A DNA stretch of 64,000 nucleotides from NCBI GenBank assembly GCA_050084985.1, contig JBITNC010000001.1, forward strand, positions 62,434,001-62,498,000, in the 5' to 3' direction. Positions 38,601-53,400 of the stretch are shown here, one piece after another. The position numbers and the translations under genes are program-made. The DNA comes from Nageia nagi (Eukaryota; Plantae; Pinophyta). The notes under the pieces are model-generated. The model did no database searches. It saw only the letters and a program-made list of their open reading frames with translations, and was not told the origin of the DNA. Position 1 is the first letter of the stretch. Each line of letters begins with the position of its first letter.

Positions 38601-41600
38601 TGGGTAAACTCTTTCCATATTCTTTTATTTATAAATATATGATTGAAAATTGCAAGTACAAAGGGGAAAGATTAGGAAAATTTGAGCAAGGGATGCGTTG
38701 ATTTTCTAATAATTCAAAAATATAAATGATTAAAAATGGATTGGGAAGTGACAAAAATACTAAACAAGCATTGGGACATATTAAGTTTGTGAAGGAATAC
38801 AATTTGATTGAATTATATAATGATATTGATAGAGAATTGTAGATTGATGACACTATCCCTTTAGAATTTGATTTCTTCAGTATAGATGATGATATTTTAG
38901 AATACTTGGGGGCACATTCAAAGTTGCCTAAGTCTAATTAAAAGAGGAAAGTTAGTTATGTTTTCAATGAATATGCACATTTTGGTTAAGAGGTGAATTT
39001 TAATGAAGTGTTTCAAGTTCAACTAGAGAATAATGTTACAAATGATATACAAGGATTATAATAATTTTCCTCTCTATTGCAAAAGAAATATGAGCTTATC
39101 TTTCTAGCTAAAGAATTGGTGAATTTCAATATTGGAACTGCTAATGAGCAAAGATTGGTTCAAATTGGAGCAACCCTCCCTACCCCCAATAGGAAAGGTA
39201 CAAAAATAAATTTATTGAATATCATAAAATTTTTGCTTGGTCTTATAATGATATGCCTAGTTTAGATCCTTCATTTGTTATGCATAATTTATCACTTAAA
39301 AAGGGGGCTAAGCTAATCAAGCAAAAGCCAAGAAAAATGCATCCTTCACAAGCTTTGTTAGTCAAGAAAGAAATAGAGAAATATTTGAATGCTGGATTTA
39401 TTATACCAATTGATTATTCTGAGTGGATGGCTAATATTTTTCCTATCACAAAGCCAATTGGGGAAATAAGGGTTTGCATTGACTTTCAAGATATTAATAA
39501 TGCTTTTCCTAAAGATGATTTCTATTTCCCAATATTGATATGATTGTGGATAGCATAGTTGGTCATGATTCATTATCTTTCATGGATGTTTTTTCTCATT
39601 ATAATCAAATATTAATCAATCTAGTTGACCAACATAAAACTACTATTACCACTCCATAGGGAAACTTTTGTTGGAAGGTTATGCCTTTTGGATTGAAAAA
39701 AGTAGGTGCCACTTACCAAACAACTATGGTTTCAATGTTTCATGAGCACATCCATAAATTAGTTGAGGTATATGTTTTTGATATATTGGTGAAATCAAAA
39801 CAAGGTAAAGACCATTTAAAGATGCTTGAGGAAGTCTTCCAAATTTTGAAAAGTAAAAAATTAGACTTAACCTCAAAAATATGCTTTTTGTATTACTTCT
39901 AGAAGTTGCTTGGTTTCATGGTATCTAAAAGAGGAATTGAAGTAGATCCTAAAAAAGTGAAAGCCATCATCACCATGCCTCTTCTATAGAATCTAAAGCA
40001 ATTAAGGAGTCTCTAAGGAAATATTAATTTGATAAGAAGGTTCATTTCCCAAATTGGAGATAAGTGTATACCTTTCACACATTTATTAAAAATGGATACT
40101 AAATTTGTGTAGGATAAAAATGCAAAAAATATTTTGAGGATATCAAACACTATTTGCTCAATTCTCCTATTCTAGTGCCTATGGATTTTTCAAAACTTGC
40201 CTATTTGTATATCTCAACTACATTGTATACCTTGGGGGTAATGTTGTGCCAAATGGATGATGAAAATAAAGAAAGGACCATATATTACCTTAGCAAAACT
40301 CTTATTGATTATGAAGCTAGGTAAACACCAATGGAAAAACTCTATTATGGCATTATAATTGCTACTAAAAAATTGAGACATTATCTATTGTATTACACCA
40401 CATTTTTTGTTAACCCTATTAATCCATTAAAATATCTTATGGCAAAGTAGCATTTATCAGGAAGGGTAGCAAAATGGATAATATTATTATAGGAGTTTGA
40501 TATAAATACAGTAAAATGGAATTCTATAAAAGGGAAAGCCATTTTAGATTTGATAGTTAAATTCCCTTAGAATGATGAAGTAGTTTTCCATGAAGAATTT
40601 CCAAATGAATATCAGGATGACCCATGCCATCAGTGGCATGTAGACCTATCACAAGGCTATGAGCAGCATGATTTTGATGAGATGTAGATACTTGATGAAT
40701 ATGTGTGCCTCATGAAAGATGAACCCAATGTTGGGATAATATATTTTGATGGATCTAAATGTTTATGTAGAGTAGGGGAAGGTATTATCTTGGTTTCTCC
40801 TACAAATGATGTAATCCCCATTACTTACAAACTTGGTTTTGAATGTACAAATAATATGGTAGAGTATGAAGCACTAATATTGGGTTTAAAATTAGCTTTC
40901 ACATTAAGAATTAAATATTTAGAGATTTATGGTGATTCACAGCTTGTCATTAACTAAGTACAAGATATTTTTGATACAAAAGATAAGAAATTGAGGCCCT
41001 ATAAGGTAGTGGTTAATGCTTTACTGGACCAATTTGATAGATATACAATTCAGAATATCCCATGGACTAATAATAGGTATGCAAATGCCATGGCAAGTCC
41101 AACTTATCTTACACTAATCAAAATTGAGGATGAAGAGGCTATCTTGGAAATTCGTAATCTTGGTACTCCCTCTTACATTGAAGATATGCATGAAATTTAG
41201 ACTTATTTTATTGCTAAGGAAAATTATTTTCAAATTGGTTGACATTTACAATTATTTGAAGAATCAAATAATTCTTGATTATTATGATAGAAATGAAAAG
41301 GTCATATTGAAAAGGATTGCTATTAAATATGTTATCATTATTGAAGTATTGTATAGAAGGTCTTTTGATGGTGCTTTACTAAGATGTCTAATGTAACAAG
41401 AGATAGCTACAACATTAGAATAGGCTCATGATGGTTTATGTCAAGAAAATTTTCATTCAAAGGCATTATATACTAAGATTTTGCGCATTGGTTATTATTG
41501 TACCACAATGGAGGAATATTGTAAAGCTCATGTGAAGACTTGTTTATAATGTCAAAAGCATGCTAATTTGGAAAAGTAACCCACTTAAGATTTAAATTCA

Positions 41601-44228
41601 ATTATCTCATCATGGCCATTTGCTACTTGGTGAATAGATTTAATTAGGCTTATCAATCTTTGCTCTACAGAAGTTCATAAATTTATCATTATAGCCATAG
41701 AGTTCACTACAAAATAGGTTGAAGCTATCCCTATGAAATTAGTTACTCAAGACAAGATTATTGCATTCCTAGTTGAAAATATCATTACAAGATTTGTTGT
41801 GCCACAAAGGTTGATTATGGATAATGGGCATAAATTCAAAGGTAAATACATGAAAACATTTTATAAAAATTTTCATATTGTGCAAATTTTATTTTTAGTT
41901 TATTATCCTCAAGGTAATGTTCAACCTAAAGCTACTAGCAAGACCATCAACACCATTTTGTTAAAGACTTGGGATAGATATAAAAGATATTGGCATGAGA
42001 AACTACCATACATATTATTAACATATAGTACAAGTATTAGAATAGCTACTAGGGTAACACCATTCTCATTAGTGTATGGATATGAATATATGGTACCATT
42101 GGAGTTAGAACTCCCCTCCTTAAGGATTTAATTAAAAGGAGATATAATAGATGAAGATGCAAGAAAAGCTAGGTCACAATAATTAGAGTCATTAGATGAG
42201 AAGAGACTAAGATAAATTGAACATCAAAAGGTATATCATGCAAAACTAAAAATAGAATTTGAAAATAAGATCAAGGCAAAAGAATTAAAACTAGAAGATC
42301 TAGTGTTGAAAGAGAATATCAATAAGATAGCTGTAAATGATGAAGTTAAAGGTAAATTTGAACTAAATTGGCTCGTTCCATTTGTTGTATTGGAAGCAAT
42401 AGGATCAAAAGCCTATAAAATTTCTTCCATTAATGGAAAAGAAGAACCAAATACCTTCAATGACACCCATCCCAAACACTTCTTTGTGCAAAGAAAGTGG
42501 CTCTGTACCTTGCAAAACATAAGAAATCTTGCATAAGGTACTTGTACCATAGATTTTTCATTTTCAATTTTTCATTGTATTGTAATATTTTTATGAAGCT
42601 AATGATGTATATTAATATATATGTATTTCCAAATGCATGGATTTAAAAAAATAAAAAAATTTACAACAATATAATCTTTGCAGACCATGAACATAAAATG
42701 CAAGGTCATTGATGGTTAATGATACAGCTAGTGAGAGTTCACTCATTGAAAAGATAAATCAACAATGTATATATAAGTGAGATGTTCACATTGGATCATC
42801 TCTAATGGATGATCCAAATTGATATGTATCCATGTGATTTTTTATTTGAACCATGCAAAGCATAATGTCTTTAAGTCATAGACATAAAACATATGATCAT
42901 CGATGTAGAATGATATGACTAGTGAGAGTTCACTTACTTAAAAGATAAATTAGTGATATATACATAAGTAGGTTGTTGAAATTAAATCATCATAAAATGG
43001 ATGATGTAACTCATTGTGTATAAAAATTATTTTCATGCAAAGTATAGCTAATACCTTTCTACATGCATCTACATCATGAAAAAGAGAAAAGAATGTAAAG
43101 AAACTCACATTGTCAATGACATGCTCACTCTTCCTACATTGTCAGCAATGTACACATTAATGGCATATCATCAAAAATAAATAAACTTCTTTTGTATTAG
43201 GGCATGGGCATGAGAGCATTAGTTTCTTGAGTACCAAACATGAAGTAATGACTAGATCCATGGTTGAATAATGCAAGGGAAAAATAATATTTTTTCATTT
43301 CAAAGATTGGATGTGGAACCATAAGACTACCTAATAGTAAAGTTCCTTCCAGGGTAGAGATATCACAAGGAAAAAAGAGACATAGTTCTTCAGATTTTAT
43401 CTTGGTTGCACCATTTAAGGACTTCTTTTAGGGTGAGCAATCCAAAAGTGGGCAACAAATGACCCTCACCATTAGCAGCATCATCAAGTAGCAGTGCAAA
43501 AAAGAGTTCAAAGTTCTCAAAATTTTCTTCTTTACTTCTTATTTGGACATGTAATTTGATTGATTCAATCACACATCCAAAGAGGGGAAAAAATTTAGAC
43601 ATCTAAAAATGAATTATTACTTATTAAATAATTCATTTTATAGCATCAATGATATTTATTATAAAAAAGGGGTTAAAATATACCAAAGATAATGTAATAA
43701 ATGTAATGGACCATTGTACAATGTAAAAGGTATCAAATATAAAGAAATACACCTTAAACTATGTAATACACAATGATCTCAAGAATCAAAGAAGGTTAGG
43801 ATATTGCTATAAAGATACATTAAAGGAAATGCAAGAGAAGTCATGCGATGACATCAGAAATACTAAGAGAGACTTCAAAAAATGCAAGAGCACTCTATAT
43901 TACCAATAATGATGTTTTGTAACACCACCTAAATATAGATATTTTAAACCCTTCATATCACTTTTATATATCTTTTATTCCATTCATCAATATGCTTAAT
44001 CCATGCAGCTAACAGTGTAACATCTTTAGGCCATTAGCAACATGCATCTTTATGAATGTTGTGTGATGGTTGATGAATGGTATATATTATTTCATGTTTA
44101 TGTGACTATGATTAAGGTAAATTATTTATCATTTTCCAAATAATGATCTCATCTTATATATACTTCAATAACATATTGTAGATAAATAATTCATTGATTT
44201 ACTATTTATGCATTATTTGAGGTCTACA
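35647..44228 (+). mobile_element. Full-length degenerate Tat-clade Gypsy (gag-PR-RT-RH-aRH-IN)
   Basis: LTRs 35647-36287 and 43594-44228. TSD CTTTT/CTTTC. PBS TGGTGAACCTAAC (tRNA-Trp-like) at 36291-36303. PPT AAAGAGGGGAAAAAA ending at 43593. Confidence 0.92.
36590..42480 (+). pseudogene. gag-pol of the plus-strand Tat element
   Basis: gag SLKGDASKWF and YCTFHQKKGH; PR LVDNGSAINI; RT YSEWMANI...MPFGLK; aRH IYFDGS...CTNNMVEYEALILGL...YGDSQLVIN (40730-41100); IN IITRFVVPQRLIMDNG. Confidence 0.92.
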
Positions 44229-46349
44229 CTTTCATTGATTTGAAAAATAAAATTATTACATACATATAGTGTTGATCAGTATAATATAACCTAAAGGGTT
44301 TTTTCTAGTTGTGTTCTACATTGCATACAATAGTAGGGTTTTTTAAAGAGTAGAAGGTGGTAGGAAAGTGTGCTCATGGGTGTTTCTACTCAATCTTAGG
44401 GTTATAGGATGTTTCCTATCTATGTAAAATATTAAAGTAATTAGAAAGAGACAAAAAGGTAAAGGTAACTAAAAGTGACTAAATAAATGAAATATAGAAA
44501 GAAAAATAAAACTAAATAGCCTAGGCATTACTATACAAGCAACAATCCATAACCAAGATTAGGAATAGTAAACTATCTTACTCTTGGGATCTCGTAATTG
44601 TAATACATAGCCACAACTTAAGGTAACATATCATACATAATATCCATAAGATATAATACACAACCACAAATTATAGAGGAAAAAGTATCATGGCATTGTA
44701 TTATTATATATGAAAGCATTTCATACACATGGTAACCTTGCTAAAATGTCCAACCTCATGGACCTCTAATAGTCCACTATTTATACTAATATTATTTTAA
44801 AATGGGTGGTTGTTCACCATTACTACCCTTAATTTCTCTATTTAATAAGAATAAAAATAAATAATTATTTACAAATGTACAATTTCAATCCACAACTATG
44901 CTAGATTACATAGTGACCAAGTACAATCAGTACCAATATCTAGAAATTTGTAGATTCTAAATTTATGTACTTTCTCAATCATAATCTTTCCAACTTTTTT
45001 TTGACTATATATTGTTGCAATTTTAGTAGATTGTAGAGGTGTGGTTTGATGGCTTGATTGGTATGATTTTTATCTATGCTCTATCAATATCCATCTAACT
45101 CTCTGCAATGAAGATCACTGTAACTTGGGATTGTCAAAACTATGAGGGAAATGCAAAGTATAACATTAAAGACCAAGGAAGAAATGATACTTCCATGTGG
45201 AAATGAGTTGAATTAAACACATTAATAGAGCCCTAGTGATCAAACACTACTGATTAAATGTACCCAAGTGTTCCCCTTATCTCATAATTCTTTTCTTAGC
45301 ATAGCGGGTCTTGCTTGCTCTAGCGGGGTTTATTGATTGTCCAAGAATTATTCTACCACCCATTAATTTTTAAGAAAATGTGTGACATCATTGCTTAAAA
45401 TCAGAAAACTCTATAATACTCTTTTTGAAATATCTCTTATTGCTTGGTACTTCAATAATACCCATTGATGGACCATCCTAGCACCTATTGATTTTTAATG
45501 TATGACATAGCTTCTTCTTTGGAAATCCATGGGCTTTGTAACATTAGCTATTGATAGCTTTGACTCAATGATGACTCATATTTATAATAATACCCACAAA
45601 TAATACTCAAATATATAGAACCAAAACATTTTAACCTTGAACTTATATAAGAATTAGATTTGGACTTAAACATCTACTTCCCTTACATGTGAACTACTTC
45701 TCAAATATGACCTAGGCACAACAACATTGCCTTTTGGCCTTAGACCTATGTATAGTTACTGATGGAGACACGAATATATTATTACCAAGTTTTGGGACCT
45801 ATTTACATGAAAACACCTACTTTTTAATAAAATGGTAGTTAAGTTACCAAACAAAGCAACTATGACCCGTATACATCGATAGTACCTAGACATTCCTAGA
45901 GTTAATAAATTTTGATAAAAAGACTATAGCATAAAGACTATACACTCATTCCAATATTTACAAAAGAATGAATGGGGAGTAATAAATGGGAATTAAAAGT
46001 ATTGATTTATTGAGAATGAAAAAAGGAATTAAAGAATAGTATAATGTTACCCTATTTATAAGTGTGATTATGAAAGAATAACAGTCTTGTAGCAACTCTT
46101 AGGGTTTTAGCCTATTGAAAAATTGAACCCTCATTTGCTACATCCACTTGCTTACCCTAATGGATTATTTAGTGGGAATTCCAATAGTGGCACTAATTTT
46201 GAAGGAAATATTGGACTTTATTATATAAATGCTTCATACCCTAATTATCTAGTTGTGATAAAATAAGACATGCTTGTATCTTGACTATATTTGCTCTGAA
46301 GCTTGTTAGCACTTTTTTCAGTCTTTTAGTAGCTTATTACTTATAGATC

Positions 46350-49300
46350 TAATATCTATTTCTTAGAGAAATATTTATAAAAATTGCTTGGTATTCACCA
46401 TCCATCGATCAACACTACCCTATACATCTGGTTCCTTCCATAATTTGGGTGCTTTTAACTGAACCAAAGAATGAAAGGATCTATTTACAAAATTAATTTT
46501 AGTCATCAGTTGGTATTTTTCTATGTCTATGATAAACACTAGGTCTTGTAGACCAAAAATGTCTCTTATCCTCTCAAAATTATTTTCATAGATCTTGGAG
46601 TTATAGTAGCTAAATCATTTTCTATTAAGGCCTTGAGCCAACTTTGTATAGGGATGGATAAGGCCAATTTGTTAAGTGTATCCTAAGTAACATATTTTTG
46701 GAGAGCCTTTTCTATTTGATTTTTCAATAAGTGAAGTTTTAAAACACTTACTAATCTTTTCCTATCTGCTCAACCAAGGATTTTTTGAAAATTTTAACAA
46801 TTTGCAACAATTTGGTCTTATCATCATTAAACACTTTGTTTGCTATTATTATCTTCTTTAACTCCTCTTCTATCTACTAAGCTTTCTATTTTTCAACCTT
46901 GGTAGCTTTGGAATTTATATCTTCAATTTGTTTCTTCATGTATTTTAGCTTAGCCTTAGCCTCTTTAAGGCTCTTCTCATGCTTAGATTTATGCATGGCC
47001 AACTTCTCTATTAATCCTTGATTTTGATTTTGTAACCCCACTATCATCTTATCCTTTTATTCAATTTGTTAATTTTATTCTCCATGGATTGGAGACTTTT
47101 ACTAGTATCTAGGGAAGTATTTACCAAAAATTTGGATTGATCTATGGATGGAACACTCTACATATTTATATTTATTATAGTGATGGAGGTGGTGTCTAGT
47201 TTCCCTTCTTTAAAAGGCATCTGGGCAATCTTAATATCTCCCATTTTAATTACTTTTCTCAAAATTCTTACCTATTACTTTGGGAGAAAATAGGGTCTAT
47301 TAATAAATATTTCTCAATCAATGGGATCTACTACTTGAGTAGAAAAAATACTCTTTATTTCCTATTACTAGGTTGTAGAAAAGGGAATTCAAGAATGGGG
47401 AGATACATCTATTTCTGAAGTAGATGTTGGAGTGTCCTATGCAAGCTTTTCTTGCATTTTATTAATGGAGGATATTATTTGTACATCATCTTGTTGTTTC
47501 TTCTCTCTAGGAGACTTCTCTTTTTCTATTATCTTATTTTTTGGGTTGGATTCTTTCTTTTTCTTAGGATTCTTATCATCATCATCATCTCCATCTCTGC
47601 TTGCTTCACCTTTATATGCCATTGTACTAGTTGTACCTAGTACATTTTCTCCTCCTTGTTGCACTTCATCCCCCATTTTTTCTTGATAATATTGATAGAA
47701 AATGGTGTCCATGCTTTGAGGCCTTTGAGTTTCTTCTATGTCCACTAGTTTTATCTCGCCTATACTTAGTTTAGGCTATTCATGACTTATTTCCTGGGGA
47801 GGTGGAGTTTGTATCTTTTTGACTTCATGTGGCTTACTGGTATGTACCTTCTTTGGTATTATTTTTCTCCATGGTTTTCATGCTTGTACTTATGCTAGCA
47901 TTCTAATTCTTCTTCTCTTTAGAGAAGACTTCCAAGTAGTAGCAAATATTATGACTTGAGCCCCCTTCTTCCTTTTTTGAGGCTACTGTAAACCATATGG
48001 TTCACCAACTTCTTTCTTCTTTGGTAGCTTTTGTTCTCATTATGCCAATGGTTGGTCATCTCCTATAGCCTATCCTTGAAAATTAGTTAGGAGTGATTGC
48101 CTTATTTCTGGAAATAGGTCCTGCATGTACTAGGCATTCCAATATTGATCATATTGGAACTCACCAAAGCATTATTTTTTAGCATGATTTGCTTTAGTAG
48201 TATACTCAAACTTGAATTTTATAAAATAATCAATTTTTTTGGGGCCCCAACCCTAACTCATTCCTCAACTAAGCTACAACCTTAGGATTCAATGCAAAAT
48301 CTTATCATATGACCTCCTAGATCCTATTTTTTTTAATGCCTTCAAGGGATAGCCAAGCCTTATATAAAATTCCAAATTCCCATTTTGGGGATGCCTCAGC
48401 TTCTTATTCAGCTTGATTTACAAAATACATAATATGAGGTCAAGGCTCATGGCCAAATGTTGGGTGTTTTTTTTTTATTTTTTTTATTACTTTTGTAATA
48501 TCCCCAATGGATCATACACCCAAGGATATTCTACCATATCTAGTTTAAAATTATGTATAATAAATTTTTCTAGTTCATATTTAAAGCCTATTTCCATCAA
48601 TGTAAAAACAATAGCAATTGTATATATTTTGATGATGGGTTTGAAATTACCCTTTGACCCATACTTTGTTTCAATTACACACAGTAGCTTACCCATCTCT
48701 ATAGAATATAACTGAGAAGAAACAAATTTTGGTAATAAAAATCAATTTTCAAAATACCCATACCTTATTATAATTATATTATTCTTATAAAACTACCAAT
48801 CACCTATTTTATTTTCTCCGTACAACTCTTGCATCATTGACCAATGTAATCTATGAGTAACCTTCCTTGCGAGAATTTGCATTACTAAGGCAAAAGTTTT
48901 TTCATAAATGCATAGTATGAGCCATGGAGTTTTGTAAGTATCAAGAATCTTAAATCAATTATCATGGGTGTTATGGATAAAGTTTCTAGTTGAATCTAAA
49001 TTCCTCTTTCCATTAAAACTTCCAAGTTTTGGTGGACTATGAGCCACCACAAGTATGATGAATGTTGGAAATCAGATTTTTCTATGTTGAATAGATTTTT
49101 CCTTACCTCATTGGAGATGAAGGTAAAAAAATCATAGAATATGTGAACCTTAATAATATTATAGTCCATTCTCATAATGACTTCATCTACTTCTATTTGG
49201 GTCTTCTTCCCAAGAATGATCACCAATGCTTGCAGGACCTACCTATCCTGATATTTCTCAAAGTAGGTGACATCATAGATCTATAAGAGCTTGGTGGTTC

Positions 49301-49853
49301 TACCTTTATATCTTTCATTAATCCATTCTAGAATCTCCCCATCATTTTGATAAAACTCAACCTTCTCTATTTTAAGGTCAATTTTATTTTTGATATGGAA
49401 GCTCCAGTCAATAGGGACTGCAAATGAATGTGTAATTGACTCTACAAAGTAGTCTAGAAAGATATTAGGCTTGTACTTAGACTATGATTCACCCTCCTTA
49501 TACTCCTTGTAATGTTTAACTTAATAGCCCTAGGGAATGTGCTTGAGTGCAATGGATAAAAAGAGCTTTGGAAAGGTGAAGGACTCGTAGGGCACATAAT
49601 ATGCCAAGCCTTGGTCTATCATAACATTACTTTTAGATTTAGCCAATGACTTCCCTTTACCTATGAATTTTGGAATCGAGTGCTATAATAGAATTATTTG
49701 AGGGTCCACTCACTAGGTATTCAAATGATTTATAACCCCCATATCTATCTAATTAATAGTGGGAGCATTATTAAAATACTCCCCATGAATTGCTATCAAT
49801 TTAGCATCCACCCCCTCTTGCTCAATCACTATAGGTTCATTGGTACAGGCCAT
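46350..49853 (-). pseudogene. Degenerate extra ORF (~3.5 kb) between integrase and the 3' LTR
   Basis: ATG at 49853 (MACTNEPIVIEQEG...). Colinear fragments FQHSSYLWWLIVHQ (ORF 48996), YPWVYDPLG (ORF 48487), an acidic/basic tract (ORF 47437), and coiled-coil-like KHEKSLKEAKAKLKYMKKQIEDI (~46950). The 3' end is approximate. Confidence 0.65.
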
Positions 49854-50419
49854 GGTGTCCAATAAATTTTATGTAGCATGGGTAAGCATAAAGTATATTA
49901 AAAGTATATAAGATCAAGCTCTGATACACTCAAACTCTTTACACTAATAGCTCTATGAATAATAAGTTCTAGAACTCTCAAGAATTTAAGCTCTAAAATT
50001 TGCTAAGTGATAAAATAATCAATTTGGGAGTATGTTTTATTTTCTTAGGGTTTATGATTAACATCTATTAATGATAATTAATGATTAGGAAATGTTAGTA
50101 TTCACATAGAGTGTAGTGTTAGGGATGAAAAATAGGATTATATTTAAGTCAAGTGTACCAAATTTAAATTAGGATATAAGGCATAGATGGTGGTTCTTTC
50201 AAGGAAATATATCTCTTAAATACCATCCTTTTAATTAAATGACCTACATCAATTAGGCTTAACCTCCACCATGCCTAGTTAATGCTTACATTAATGGCTA
50301 CCTACCTCCTTAAGAAGTGCACCAATGGTGAAATAATATATACATATCTTTTTATAAAAGAAGGACAATAGTATTTACACTGTACAATCTTAGTGGGTGT
50401 TATGAAATCATCCGATCAC

Positions 50420-53400
50420 ACATTAATGCTTCAAATAGATCCTATTCATTGGGATAGGTAGTTCTTAAGACCTAAAAATATCTTAAAATTTGAATGCATT
50501 TCTCCAAATAGTCTAAGTGATAATATAGGGATTGCTCCATAAGGAATCAAATTTTTGATGTTTCTTGGGCTTTAGTCTTTTCTCATCCCATTTGAGGACG
50601 ATGTCTTTGACTTCAAACTTTACTTAGGAAGACTTCTTCTTATCAAACCACTTCTTAACAATCTATTTTTGACACTAAAAGGATTTATATTCTTTATTTC
50701 TATCTTCTTCCAATTTCATCAATTGATTAAATCTAGTTTGGAGTAGATCAAAGTCATAATCTTCTAGACCTTATAGGATTTTTAATTCTAGTAACTCAAG
50801 ATGAATTGGAAACATAGGTCTCTTACCATATACTAATACATAGGAAGATGTATTAATGGTTGATTTGACACTGATCCTATCTACCCAAAATGCTTAGTCT
50901 AATTATGTATGCCACTATTCACAATTTATTTTAATTTTTCTTTTAATGATCTAAGATAAGTTTTTATTTGTTGATTCTACTAACCTATTCCCTTGTGGGT
51001 AATAATTTGAAGAAAACATCTAGTATATCCCATACTCAGTAATAAATTTTGACAAATTAGTTCCAATAAATGTAGGACCATTATCTAATATAATAGTCTA
51101 TGGGATACTGAAGCGAGTAATCAATCTCTTAATCATTTCAATTACTACCTCTTGATCTACATTTTTTCATGGCATAGCTTCTAACTATATTATGAAGTAG
51201 TTTTTTGCTATTAGAATAAACTTGTGACCTACTAAAGAATTCTAATTTATAACACCAATGAAGTCTAGACCCCATTATTGGAAAGGTTCTTCAACCACCA
51301 TAGGTTTAAGAGGCATTACAACTTGTCTCCTTTTTTCCACATATCTGCTACATTTGTTACATTCTTAAAATATTTTGAATGAATCATGAAACATATTAGG
51401 ATAATAATAGCTAACTTGTAATATTTTTGATACAATAGTAGGACCACTATAGTGTCCTCCAAAGTATCCATATGGAAATTCATGTAAAATTCTATGGGAT
51501 TCATCATTTGTTACACATCTTAATAAGGTTTGATTAAAATGTTTCTTGTAAAGATGATCATCTATCATCATAAATTTCAATGCTTGCAATCTAAACCTCC
51601 TTCTTTGGAATCTATCCATAGATTCAATATATTTGCCAATTCTAAAATAAAAAATAAATTGCTTTATCCAATCACTATATATAGATTAAGATGCTCCTCA
51701 TTCTCTATGATAGCAATCATGTGTGAAGCCTTTACTATATTTTTCATAGAGGTATATTCCCCTTATCAGCTTGGTTAGTTTAATTTCTATATCATATTCC
51801 ATTATTCTTGTGATCCAACTAGCCTTTCCTTCACCCAATTCTCCTTCAATTACATAATTCCTTATATTTAGGTGAATGGTATATAGAAGGATATTGTTGT
51901 GGGACACATAATGCTTAAATATATTGAGTCATTTCATTATGGAAAATACTTATTTTTCAATAAATGAGTACCTCTTATGATGTTGATGTAGTGTTTAGCT
52001 ATGGAAGGCAATAGGATGTTGTTCCTTCTAGTCATCTTTTTGTGATAGGATGGTAGCAACACTTTTCTTTACTCCATATGCATACATAATAAAATATTTT
52101 AAAAAATCAAGGTTTTTCAAAATATGAGCTTGTGTTATGGTCTTTTTAATGTCATGGAAATCTTACTTTGCATCCTTTGACTAGGAAAATACAACATCTT
52201 TCTTTAACATTATTATGATTGGAGAAACAATATTTGAAAAATCACTTATAAATTTTCTACCAAAATTGATTTGACTAAGGAATGATTATATGTTCTTCTT
52301 GTTATAGGTTAAAGGTAATACTTCAATAGCTTTTCCTTTGTTTGAATCAATTATCAACTCTTTTTCTGAATCAATATGACCAAATAGTTTTTCTTTGTTA
52401 ACCATAAAAAATAAACTTTCTGGGATTGATTAAAATCTTGAATTCTATACATTTTTCAAAAAATTTCCTAAGATAATTCAAGTGGTCCTTTCTACTTTAA
52501 TAAAATATGATGATATCATCTAAGTAGACCAATATTATCTTGTTTATCAAATTATCAAAGGCATGGTCCATAGCTCTTTGAAAAGTATCCCCAGCATTAA
52601 GGAGATCAAAACATATTCTTTGGAATGCAAATGTACTCCATTTGGTTGTGAATGTAGTTTTAAATTGATCCTCATCCTTTACCCAAATTTAGTTAAATAA
52701 TAAATAGCCATACATCATAGAAATATAACAAGATCCAGCTACTATATGTAGGATTTATTCCATAGGAGGAAGATGATAATTATCTTTGAGAGAGATCTGA
52801 TTTAGGTTTCTAAAATCTATGCATAATCTAATTTCTCCACTCTTTGTTATTATTGGAACTAAATTGGTGACCCAATAAGAATGCTTGATAGGATAGATAA
52901 TTCTAGCATCTAGGATTTTTAGCAACACTTGCTTCATAGCCTCTTCTATTCTTAGGTTAACCAACCTTTGCTTCTATCTATATGGCTTGACTTCTAGCTC
53001 TAGATCAATGGTGTGTTGGATAACATTCTTATCATGTCTTATATCATCATAAGTCTAAGAAATTACCTTGGAGAACTCATGGTAAATCTAAAATATCATC
53101 TTTTTTTCTTCTTCAAAGCATTTTGATCCAACCTTTTTGCATTTTCCAAGTTCAACTTATAGCTCTACATTGCTTTCCTTTTGAATAGCTAATGTTTTGG
53201 ATTTTTGAATATGTTTAGAATCAAATAATCACTCAAAATAAATCAAACTTTGAGTGTGACATTATTTCTAATTTGAATAACTTATGACTCTTAGAAATAG
53301 TCATGGAGTTCTTAAACACTAAAGGTTTGAGCTAATACTTCATCTATAAGGAAATTCATAATATGTTTATCAAAGTCAAATACTTGCTAAAAGTTTGTAG

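Noticed and set aside
49916-49929. PBS-Met-like GCTCTGATAC upstream of the extra ORF
   Set aside because: It lacks the terminal CCA complement and has no adjacent LTR; probably chance.
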